Source: an archaeon (lineage in GTDB: Archaea > Iainarchaeota > Iainarchaeia > Iainarchaeales > 1-14-0-10-31-34). Taken from it: a stretch of 32,000 nt of DNA. Every line of letters begins with the position of its first letter. The first letter of the stretch is position 1. Location: NCBI GenBank assembly GCA_024277355.1, contig JAJRVL010000009.1, positions 1-32,000 on the forward strand. The letters are read 5' to 3'. The notes under the pieces are model-generated. The model ran no database searches, was not told the DNA's origin, and was given only the letters and a program-made list of their open reading frames with translations. This document shows, piece by piece, positions 24,608 through 32,000 of this stretch. The translations under genes were made by a program, and so were the position numbers.

Positions 24608-25920
24608 AATTATCTCACGGAAAAGGAAATCATATTGGATTTGACTGTTTTAATTGCAATAAAAAAGCATTAAATGATGAAAAAAAAGTAAAAGAATTTT
24701 TAATTGAAATTTCTGATGCAATTGAAATGAAAAGACTATGCAAACCTGTTGTAATTTCCCATAAACATGAAAAAAAAACTGAAAGCGGAATAACTGGTTT
24801 TGTTATTATTTCTGAAAGCCATATTTCAATTCACACTTACCCTGAAAAAGGCGAAGCATTTATTGATGTTTTTTCCTGCAAAGAATTTAATGAAACCAAA
24901 GCAAAAAATAAAATACAGGAATTTTTTTCTCCAAAAAAAATTGAAAAACTAATTAATTTCAGAGGAAAAGGAAAATTTAATTTAGAAAAATTATCTATTC
25001 CAATTAAAGGAAAAACTAATGCAAAAACAATTCCTGAATTAATTACAGGAATGGATTCAATTGGATTCCAGGCAAGCCATTTAAGCAAAGCAGGAAAAAT
25101 AATAAAAAAAATGCAGTCAGAAAAAGCAGTAATTTTTTTGTCTTTTACTTCTAACATGGTTTCATCTGGTTTAAGAGAATTATTTGCTTTTATGTTAAAA
25201 CACAAAATGGTTAATGCAGTTATAACTACTGTTGGTTCAATTGAAGAAGACTTAATGAAAACCCATAAACCTTTTTTATTAGGAAGCTTTGAAGCAAATG
25301 ATTTAGATTTACATAAAAAAGGAATTAATCGAATAGGCAATATTTTTGTTCCAACTGAAAGATATAAATGGCTGGAAAAACAATTACAGCCTTTTTTTAA
25401 AGAAATGTATTTTTTACAGAAAAAAAAATCAAGACTGCTTTCTTCCCGTGAAATAATTTTTGAGTTAGGAAAAAAAATTAAAGACGAAAACTCAATTCTT
25501 TTTTGGGCGACAAAAAACAATATTCCAGTTTTTTGTCCTGCAATAACTGACGGTGCATTTGGCTTAAACCTTTATACTTTTAAACAGCAAAACAAAACTT
25601 TTGGAATTGACGTTACAGCAGACATGCAGGAATTAGCTGACTTAGTTTTAACAGCAGAAAAAACTGCATGAATAATTTTAGGAGGAAGTGTTCCAAAACA
25701 CCATTTAATCGGCATAAATATTTTAAGAGACGGATTAGATTATGCAGTTTATGTTTCAACTGCAACAGAAGGAGATGGATCATTATCAGGAGCAAAAGTA
25801 AAAGAAGCAGTTTCATGGGGAAAAATAAATGAAAAATCAGAAAACATTTACATTGAAGGAGATGCAACAATAATTTTTCCTTTATTATTTTATTCAATGA
25901 AAGAAAATTCAGGAAAGTAA
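24598..25920 (+). CDS. Fusion: SpeH-type pyruvoyl-dependent decarboxylase proenzyme (aa 1 to about 120) + deoxyhypusine synthase (aa about 125-440), with an in-frame TGA at 25669-25671
   Basis: N-terminal GFVIISESHISIHTYPEKGEAFIDVFSC carries the AdoMetDC/ArgDC self-cleavage motif E|SH at 24814-24822. DHS motifs are GFQASHL, FLSFTSNMVSSGLRE, VITTVGSIEEDL and GINRIGNIFVP. After the TGA come [20 protein letters not shown] and EAVSWGKI. The start overlaps the agmatinase stop by 10 nt. Confidence 0.75.
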
Positions 25921-25927
25921 TCTAAAA

Positions 25928-26461
25928 ATGATTTTTATTTTTTTAATTGCATTTTTCACCGGCTTTTTAAGTAAACTAACTGATTTAATTGAAGAACACA
26001 AAATGAATTTGCCTTTAATTGTTTCAAGAATTTCAGGAATAATTTACGGAATACTAATAGCTTATGTAATTTCTGTTTCAAGTGAATTATCTGCTTTATG
26101 GATTGCAGTAGTAATCAGCACAATTATAACAAAAAAAATTGATTCATTAGGACATTATTTAGGAATTTTATCTATGTTAATTTCCCTTATTTTCTTTGGC
26201 ATAACAGAAATAAATTATTATTTCTTAATTCTATTTTTAGCAGCATCAATTGCTGAAGAAATAATTAACAATAAAATAGTTGATGCAGGAAAAATCAAAA
26301 ACAAATTATTAAATGAATTAATGAAATTAAGACCTTTACTTGAAATTACTGCGTTTATTGTTTCATTTATTTCAGGTTTATGGATTATCTGGTTTGGTTT
26401 GCTTTCATTTGATTTAGGTTATATTTTAATTGACAAAATAAAAACAAAATTTAATTTATAG
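25928..26461 (+). CDS. Integral membrane protein, unknown function (about 5 TM)
   Basis: 177 aa, hydrophobic throughout, with no recognisable motif. Confidence 0.5.
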   Translation: MIFIFLIAFFTGFLSKLTDLIEEHKMNLPLIVSRISGIIYGILIAYVISVSSELSALWIAVVISTIITKKIDSLGHYLGILSMLISLIFFGITEINYYFLILFLAASIAEEIINNKIVDAGKIKNKLLNELMKLRPLLEITAFIVSFISGLWIIWFGLLSFDLGYILIDKIKTKFNL

Positions 26462-26472
26462 TTCCAGAATAA

Positions 26473-27483
26473 TCATTTAATTTCCATCATATAATCAATT
26501 GCTTTTTTTGCTTTTAATCTGATTTCTTCTTTAACTTCAATTATTTGTTTTTCTTCTGGTTTCCTTAAAACCTGTAAAATTAATTCCAAAGTATTTTTTT
26601 TCATATAAGGACATAATTCACAAGTCCCAACAAACTTTTTTTGCATTAATTCAACTTTCATTCTATCACTTAAACCGCATTCTGTAACCATCATAAAACT
26701 TTCAGCTTTATTTGTTTTAGCATAATTAATCATTCCTGAAGTTCCACCAGAAAAATCAGCTAATTCCACTACACTTGGATTGCATTCAGTGTGAACTAAA
26801 ATTTTTGTTCCAGGATATTTTTCTTTTATTTCTTCAATTTGTTTTACATTAAATTCTTTATGCACAACACATAAACCATCCCAAAAAATAATTTTTTTCT
26901 TTGTTTTATTCTGAATATTTTTTGCCATTAATTTATCAGGCAGAAAAATAATTTTGTTTTCTTTAAAACTTTCAATTACTTTTAATGCATTTGCAGATGT
27001 GCAACAAGCATTGCATTCAGCTTTAACTTCAGCTGAAGTATTAACATAACATACAACCGGAACACCAGGATTTTCTGCTTTAAGTTTTCTTACATCTTCT
27101 CCAGTAATTGATTCACTTAAAGAACAACCTGCTTCTAATGAAGGCAGTAAAACAGTTTTTTTTGGAGACAAAATTTTTGCTGTTTCAGCCATAAACTTTA
27201 CTCCGGCAAAAACAATTGTTTCAGCTTTAGTTTCTGAAGCTTGTCTGCTTAATTCCAATGAATCTCCAACAAAATCCGCTACACCATAAATTATATCTGG
27301 AGTCTGATAACTATGTGCAAGAATCACTGCATTTTTTTCTTTTTTTAGTTTGTTAATCTCCAGAGTAAGCGCAGCAAAACTATAACATTCATCTAAAGAA
27401 AACTTTACTTTTTTTAGTTTTTCATAAAGCCTTTTAGCTTCTTTTTTGATTTCTTCTTCTGAATAAAAAGAACTTTTTTCCAT
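26473..27483 (-). CDS. nadA: Quinolinate synthase
   Basis: ILAHSYQTPDI..VADFVGDSLELS, with conserved Cys ligand contexts (GCSLSE, VVCYVNTSAE, CELCPYMK). 336 aa. Confidence 0.85.
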   Translation of the reverse strand: MEKSSFYSEEEIKKEAKRLYEKLKKVKFSLDECYSFAALTLEINKLKKEKNAVILAHSYQTPDIIYGVADFVGDSLELSRQASETKAETIVFAGVKFMAETAKILSPKKTVLLPSLEAGCSLSESITGEDVRKLKAENPGVPVVCYVNTSAEVKAECNACCTSANALKVIESFKENKIIFLPDKLMAKNIQNKTKKKIIFWDGLCVVHKEFNVKQIEEIKEKYPGTKILVHTECNPSVVELADFSGGTSGMINYAKTNKAESFMMVTECGLSDRMKVELMQKKFVGTCELCPYMKKNTLELILQVLRKPEEKQIIEVKEEIRLKAKKAIDYMMEIK

Positions 27484-27593
27484 ATAAATTATTTCTTGCG
27501 TGAACTTTTAAAATATACATCTTTCATACAAAGTATGATAAAATAATAGTCTAAAACAACAGGCTTTTAAACTTAGAAATCCAATTCATTTTT

Positions 27594-28307
27594 ATGCCTT
27601 TAACTGCAAATAAACCTAAAAAACCTTTAATTCATTATTTGGATTTATTTTCAGGAAATTCAGCCAGACTTAAAAGAATGGCTAAAACCCATAAATGGAA
27701 AAATAAAAGATTAAGAGGAATTGAACTCCAAAAACCAAGCAATCTGAAGAAACCAAAAAATTTGAAAGAAGGGAGAAGAACTTTAGTTTTAGGAAAAAAC
27801 CTCAAAATTCATTTTAATGAAGTATTAAAAGAATTAAAAAAATATAAAACTCAATCAGTCCAGGAAGTTAATTCAGATTATCTTTTTGGCGGAATTAAAT
27901 CTGATTATTCAAAAAAAGGAGGATTAGATTATAGTTATGACTCTGAAGCAAACTTATCTGATAAAATTCACAAAGTTTCTTCAATTCTTAATCAAGTAAA
28001 AAGAATTCTTGTTAAAGGAGGACAGCTTTCTTTATCTGATTATGCTATTAACAAAAAATTTTTAGTTGAAATAGCTGAAAGCCATGGCTTTAAGCTTGAA
28101 AGAAATCATCCAATTACTAAAAAAAAACAAGCTAAATCAAGAGACTTAAGAAAAAGTTTTAATGAAATGAAGTTAAATAATCTTGCAAGAAAAAATGTTG
28201 AAAATAATCCAATCTTTAAAGGAAAGACTGAAATATTTACTAAGTTTTTAGACAATGAAAAAATAAGAAGACATCCAGTAAGATTAATTTTTAGAAAAGT
28301 TGCATAA
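27594..28307 (+). CDS. Methyltransferase-like basic protein with degenerate motif I; paralog of the 23124..23737 pseudogene
   Basis: YLDLFSGNSARL replaces LDLGFGKGKRL. Shared blocks are LRGIE/LIGID, VNSDYLFGG/VNGDFLLGG, QVKRILVKGGQLSLS/QVKRILVPNGRFYLS and HPVRLIFRK/HPIRVLLRK. Confidence 0.6.
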   Translation: MPLTANKPKKPLIHYLDLFSGNSARLKRMAKTHKWKNKRLRGIELQKPSNLKKPKNLKEGRRTLVLGKNLKIHFNEVLKELKKYKTQSVQEVNSDYLFGGIKSDYSKKGGLDYSYDSEANLSDKIHKVSSILNQVKRILVKGGQLSLSDYAINKKFLVEIAESHGFKLERNHPITKKKQAKSRDLRKSFNEMKLNNLARKNVENNPIFKGKTEIFTKFLDNEKIRRHPVRLIFRKVA

Positions 28308-28372
28308 AATCTACTGATGTCTAAACTTAAAACAAAAATCTAATTTAAAAAAAATAAGATAGTTGATACAAG

Positions 28373-28429
28373 ATATGACAGCGCTATCGAAGATAGTGCG
28401 TCGTACCCAACAGCCGAAACTGTTGTTGG
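28373..28429 (-). other. Conserved double-hairpin trailer downstream of the 23S rRNA
   Basis: The minus strand reads caacag-tttcgg-ctgttg, ggtacgacg, cactatc-ttcg-atagcg, CTGTCATATC. The 5' side of H1 overlaps the outer helix of the BHB. Confidence 0.6.
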
Positions 28430-28450
28430 CATGAAACCCAAATTAAAGAG
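28426..28450 (-). promoter_or_regulatory. 3' strand of the 23S processing stem with BHB bulge
   Basis: Minus strand CTCTTTAATTTG-G-GTTT-[CAT]-GCCAA pairs with the leader strand at 31429-31453. Confidence 0.75.
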
Positions 28451-31441
28451 TTTGAACTCAAGTTTTTAGTAGCAGTCAACTTAATATGTCGCCGTAGCTT
28501 CATACTTACATTTCTGCCCTATCAATCCAGTGTTCTACTGGTACTCTTGTCCTTATTCCTTATATTCCGCAGAATACAAGTAGTCAGGAATGATTGACTC
28601 TTTTTAGGGACCGCTTCAAGCTTAGATGCTTTCAGCTTTTATCGGTTCCGGCGTGGCTACCCAGCAACTGCCTTGTCAGACAACTGGTACACTAGAGGCC
28701 AGGACTCCACGTTCCTCTCGTACTTATGGAATCTTCCCCTCAGTCAATCGACATGTCCGATAGATAGGATCCAAACTGGCTCGCACCGTTCTTAACCCAA
28801 CTAACGTAAGGCTTTAATGAGTTAACACCTCCACCCTTGGCAGCTTATGCACTGCCAGGATGCCTTGAGACGACGGCGAGGTCGCAAACCGCGGGGTCGA
28901 TATGAGCTCTTGCCCGCGACCACTCAATTACCCCCAAGATAAGTTCACTGTTAGACTAGGCCCCCATTAAAAGGGACACTAGCGTTCGCTAGACACATCT
29001 TTCGATTCGGCTTTACTTGCTGTGCGTAAAACCGTCAAGCATGCTTTTGGTCTTGTCCTCTAAGGAGAATTTCTGACTCTCCTGAGCATACCTTTGGACA
29101 CCCCTGATATCTTTTCAGGGGTGTACCGCCCCAGTCCAACTACCCGTCTAAAGCTGTCCTCTTTCGAGTGAGCAATATGCTTTTTTAAGGATGGTGTTCC
29201 ATTGTTGTCTCCACAATTCCTGACGAAACTGCTTCGAAGACTACCATCTACACTGGACGTAAAAAACCATATTACAACATCAGATTGTAGTAAACCTCTG
29301 TGGGGTCTTCTCTTCCCATCGGACATTCGAGGTATATTCACCTCGCAATGAGTTCATTGGGCCCAAATTAGGGACAGTGGGAATCTCGTTACTTCATTGG
29401 TGCAAGCCGGCATTAAACCGGCAAGGTATTACGCTACCGTGAGAGCCTCAGAGTTAGGCCCGCTCTTCACCAGAGCTTAGCTCCATTGAACTGAAGTTTA
29501 ACTTACTGGCAGTGAGCAGAAGTCAGCCTCTATACACACCATTGCTGGCTTGCAGAGACCTGTGTTTTTGTTAAACAGTCGGACTCCCTTTGTCATTGAA
29601 ACCTGCAATTTACTTAATCGCAGGCACCCCTTATACCGAAGATACAGGGCTATTTTGCCGAATTCCCTTAATTTGGTTTCCCCAAGACGCCTAGGCCTTT
29701 TCAGCCAGGGGCACTTTTCCTAGTTCTTGGTACGGTTACATAAAATCCATTCTGATTTCCTTTTTATGAAACCCAGGCCTCAATTGAAAATTGCTTCTAT
29801 TCCTGAATTTAATCTGCTTCTCATCATTACAATTCTCCACAGATTTATTTCAGTTAAATGCACAGACAAGTGCATTCAATCTAGCCCAAGCTGTTAGAAA
29901 TCAGACTATCGTTGCCGTGAGTATTTATGTAGTACAGGAATATGAACCTGTTTCCCTTTCGTCCACGTCGTGTTACGAGTGGCCTTAGGACCGACTAACC
30001 CTTAGCTAATGATTAGCGCTAAGGAACCCTTGCCCTTTCGGCGGAAAGAATTCTCATCTTTCTATTGTTATTACTAGCGCGAGGATCCATATTCGCGACA
30101 GATCCACAAGAAATTTCTCTCTTGCTTCTGCTCTATCGTGACACCTCCCTACTCCATTTGTTTTCTATTGAAAACAAGGCTATGGTATCGGCAGCTGGTT
30201 TTAGCCCAGTGAATTTTCAAGACCTTTATTCTAGGTAGGTGAGCTGTTACGCACTCTTTAAAGGATGGCTGCTTCTAAGCAAACCTCCCTACTGTATTAG
30301 AACAAAGATACTTTTCGTGTTTACACTTAACCAGCATTTTTGGGCCTTAACCACAGTTTAGGTTGTTCCCTTCTTGGAACAAGGGCTTACCCCTTGCCCC
30401 CTACTCTAACCTTCTACGACGATTATAGATTTGGAGTTTAACGAAAAAGCTGGAAGTTTCCGACCAGTACTTTCTAATTAGTATCTCGACACCATAATCT
30501 ATCTCCAGTTAGGCTAGCCTTAGGGCTAATTCGAGAGGAGCCCGCTATGGCCATGTTCGATTGGCATTTAACTCCTACTCCCAGGTCACCAAAGTAGATA
30601 GACTAACACTTGTTGCGGACCTCCACCATTTTGTAAAACGGCTTCATCCTGCCCAGGAGTAACTCACATGGCTTCGGGTCTTACCGTTGTGACTAAAGCA
30701 GTTTAATACTTTCAGCCTGATTCTAAAAGAACTGCGCTGACTCGCTTTCGCTGCGGTTTCAAAGTGAAAACTTCTTAACCTTGCCACAAAGGCAACCTCC
30801 CCCGCTCGTGATTCAAGACGAACGATATGACACTGATCAAATTCTTTCGTAATTATTTCTCAATAACTTCCTTCAAGAATTCTCTTTTCTTTAATGCCAT
30901 ATCTTGCTATAACCAGTTAGTTTCAAGCGCTTTTAACTCCCTGTTAAGGGTACTTTTCAACTTTCCCTCGCGGTACTAGTATGCTATCGGACTTGAGTAG
31001 TATTTAGTGTTAGGAGTTAATGTCTCCCGTATTCACGCGCAAAAACCAATGCACGCTACTCTTAACACGAAAAATTATCCTTTTGAATTTTTTGTTTACA
31101 AGGCTTTCACTCTCTTTGGCGCTGCTTTCCAGCAGACTTCAACTAAATTTAAAGGATATAAATCGCTCTACACCACATCTCCCTTAAATTACTTTAAGGG
31201 ATTCAGTTTGCTCTCTTCTGTCTTCGGTCGACCCTAATAACAGAATCATATTCATTTTCTTTTCCTTCAGGTACTAAGATGCTTCAATTCCCTGAGTTGC
31301 CCTTCCTTTCGGAATAATTCAGAAATCCCTGGCTCAAAGATTGCATTGCATCTCACCAAGGCTTATCGCAGCTTGCCACGTCCTTCATCAGCTCTCAAGC
31401 CTAGTTATCCACTAACTGGCGTAATGAACTCTTTAATTTGA
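28434..31441 (-). rRNA. rrl: 23S (LSU) rRNA, about 3.0 kb, no large intron evident
   Basis: On the minus strand: 5' region GATGAAGGACGTGGCAAGCTGCGATAAGCC (complement of 31361-31390), sarcin-ricin loop AGTACGAGAGGAAC (complement of 28711-28724), and 3' region GCTGAAAGCATCTAAGC (complement of 28620-28636). The ends are set by the BHB bulges. Confidence 0.9.
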
Positions 31442-31453
31442 TAGGTTTGCCAA
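31429..31453 (-). promoter_or_regulatory. 5' strand of the 23S processing stem with BHB bulge
   Basis: Minus strand TTGGC-AAAC-[CTA]-T-CAAATTAAAGAG. There are 12 bp plus one G-U, a 3-nt bulge, a 4-bp helix, a 3-nt bulge on the other strand, then a 5-bp helix. Confidence 0.75.
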
Positions 31454-31464
31454 TGCATCAACCG

Positions 31465-31496
31465 TAAACGTTTCGCCGTTTAAGCACGATGCACGA
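31465..31496. repeat. 32-bp exact direct repeat, copy A (just upstream of the 23S processing stem)
   Basis: taaacgtttcgccgtttaagcacgatgcacga, identical to 31862-31893. Confidence 0.9.
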
Positions 31497-31704
31497 TTTC
31501 GCTTGCGCTCAATCCTGCTGCCTTAACAGCAAAAGTTTCTAACGATTGCTTCCCAAAGGAAAAAAACTTCCCAGGTGCATTCATCTGTTGTGAAAATAAT
31601 AAATTGATGAATATAATTTTTGTGATAATTTTTTTTTATGCTTAATACTTTTATTTTATTTTTTTAAATTTTTTTCTTGTTTATTTTCCAAACTATTTTT
31701 TTTA

Positions 31705-31786
31705 TTTTTTGATACAACTTTTTCTAAAAGTTGTTTTTGATCAAACTTTTTTTTGTTTTTGATAAACCTTTTTTCTAAAAAGGTTT
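31705..31786. repeat. Array of three A-type palindromic units abutting the 3' end of tRNA-Ala
   Basis: ttttttgatacaactttttctaaaagttg | tttttgatcaaactttttttt (left arm only) | gtttttgataaaccttttttctaaaaaggttt. Confidence 0.7.
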
Positions 31787-31787
31787 A

Positions 31788-31861
31788 TGGACTCAACGGG
31801 ATTCGAACCCGTGGCCTCCTCGTTGCAAACGAGGCGCTCTACCAAGCTGAGCTATGAGCCC
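31788..31861 (-). tRNA. tRNA-Ala(UGC) in the 16S-23S spacer
   Basis: The minus strand reads gggctca-ta-gctc-agcttggta-gagc-g-cctcg-ttTGCaa-cgagg-aggcc-acggg-ttcgaat-cccgt-tgagtcc-a. The G3:U70 identity pair is present. 74 nt. Confidence 0.92.
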
Positions 31862-31893
31862 TAAACGTTTCGCCGTTTAAGCACGATGCACGA
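31862..31893. repeat. 32-bp exact direct repeat, copy B (abutting the 5' end of tRNA-Ala)
   Basis: Identical to 31465-31496. Weaker similarity continues for about 20 nt beyond it. Confidence 0.9.
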
Positions 31894-32000
31894 CTTTCAG
31901 TCGAGCTTGCTCCGCAACAGCTGTCGCGCTCAGCTGGCATGCGTGCAATATCTTTGCTTTTGCTCGATATAGCATCATTCAGCTTAAATCTTGAGTAAAT

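Noticed and set aside
25669-25671. Genome-wide reassignment of TGA (to Trp or Gly), or selenocysteine in DHS
   Set aside because: TGA terminates ArgRS exactly at its conserved terminal Met and also ends the RSH and ACT-domain genes. TGG is used for Trp. DHS is not a known selenoprotein, and no SECIS-like element was evident. A local error, read-through or pseudogene is more economical.
2811-25897. Numerous antisense or overlapping track ORFs (for example 2811..3041, 4068..4253, 4469..4666, 4730..4963, 6893..7093, 10053..10244, 10427..10735, 10880..11083, 11409..11609, 12541..12873, 17322..17600, 19047..19424, 20418..20615, 22840..23025, 23767..23973, 24837..25520, 25613..25897)
   Set aside because: Each is embedded in, or out of frame with, a longer ORF that has clear family motifs. 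Their translations are low-complexity F/L/I/S/K-rich strings, as expected from the antisense of AT-rich genes.
29060-31237. Track ORFs 29060..29341 (-), 29791..29988 (+), 31007..31237 (+)
   Set aside because: All three lie inside the 23S rRNA gene.
28434-31441. Introns or homing-endonuclease ORFs in the 23S rRNA
   Set aside because: The distance between the BHB cleavage sites (about 3.0 kb) matches an uninterrupted archaeal LSU rRNA. The only ORFs inside it are short and have no endonuclease motifs.
929-31786. Palindromic repeats as a CRISPR array
   Set aside because: The units are dispersed or occur in runs of only 2-3. They are separated by a fixed TTTTTGATN linker and not by unique spacers of regular length. 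No cas genes are present.

Overview
This is an AT-rich (about 70% A+T by eye) chromosomal fragment from a small-genome archaeon, probably DPANN-like. The archaeal call rests on five things. tRNA-Arg(UCU) carries a 115-nt bulge-helix-bulge (BHB) intron at position 37/38. tRNA-Ala(UGC) sits in the spacer upstream of a minus-strand 23S rRNA whose flanks form a canonical 3-4-3 BHB processing stem. There is an RNase P RNA, an archaeal-type AlaRS and a deoxyhypusine synthase. The coding content is mostly housekeeping and centres on arginine: argG-argH, argF, argS, and an agmatinase followed by a SpeH-like pyruvoyl decarboxylase fused to deoxyhypusine synthase. Other genes are alaS, a long RelA/SpoT homolog, nadA, an ABC-2 exporter pair, a lipoprotein FKBP, a ferritin-like/VIT1 protein, several membrane or secreted ORFans, and two methyltransferase-like paralogs. 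RNA genes are tRNA-Ser(UGA), tRNA-Ser(GGA), tRNA-Leu(GAG), tRNA-Arg(UCU, intron), tRNA-Ala(UGC), RNase P RNA and 23S rRNA. I saw no CRISPR array, integrase, transposase or recognisable defence system. The observations most worth a second look are these. (1) A modular family of short AT-rich palindromes is concentrated at stable-RNA genes. It fills the tRNA-Arg intron and sits inside the RNase P RNA. At alaS and tRNA-Leu (and, more weakly, at the ABC junction) it is flanked by a displaced, diverged copy of the 3' end of the host gene; in the rRNA spacer an exact 32-bp direct repeat brackets the tRNA-Ala/palindrome segment. (2) A conserved GC-rich double-hairpin trailer follows tRNA-Ser, the tRNA-Leu relic, RNase P RNA and 23S. 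(3) The agmatinase plus decarboxylase::DHS fusion has an in-frame TGA upstream of the DHS catalytic lysine. (4) The long RSH keeps its hydrolase motifs but has a substituted synthetase motif, and lies between argS and alaS. (5) Four gene disruptions occur in 32 kb, two of them at poly-A tracts, so assembly error has to be excluded before interpreting any of them. All functional calls come from motif recognition by eye; no searches were run.
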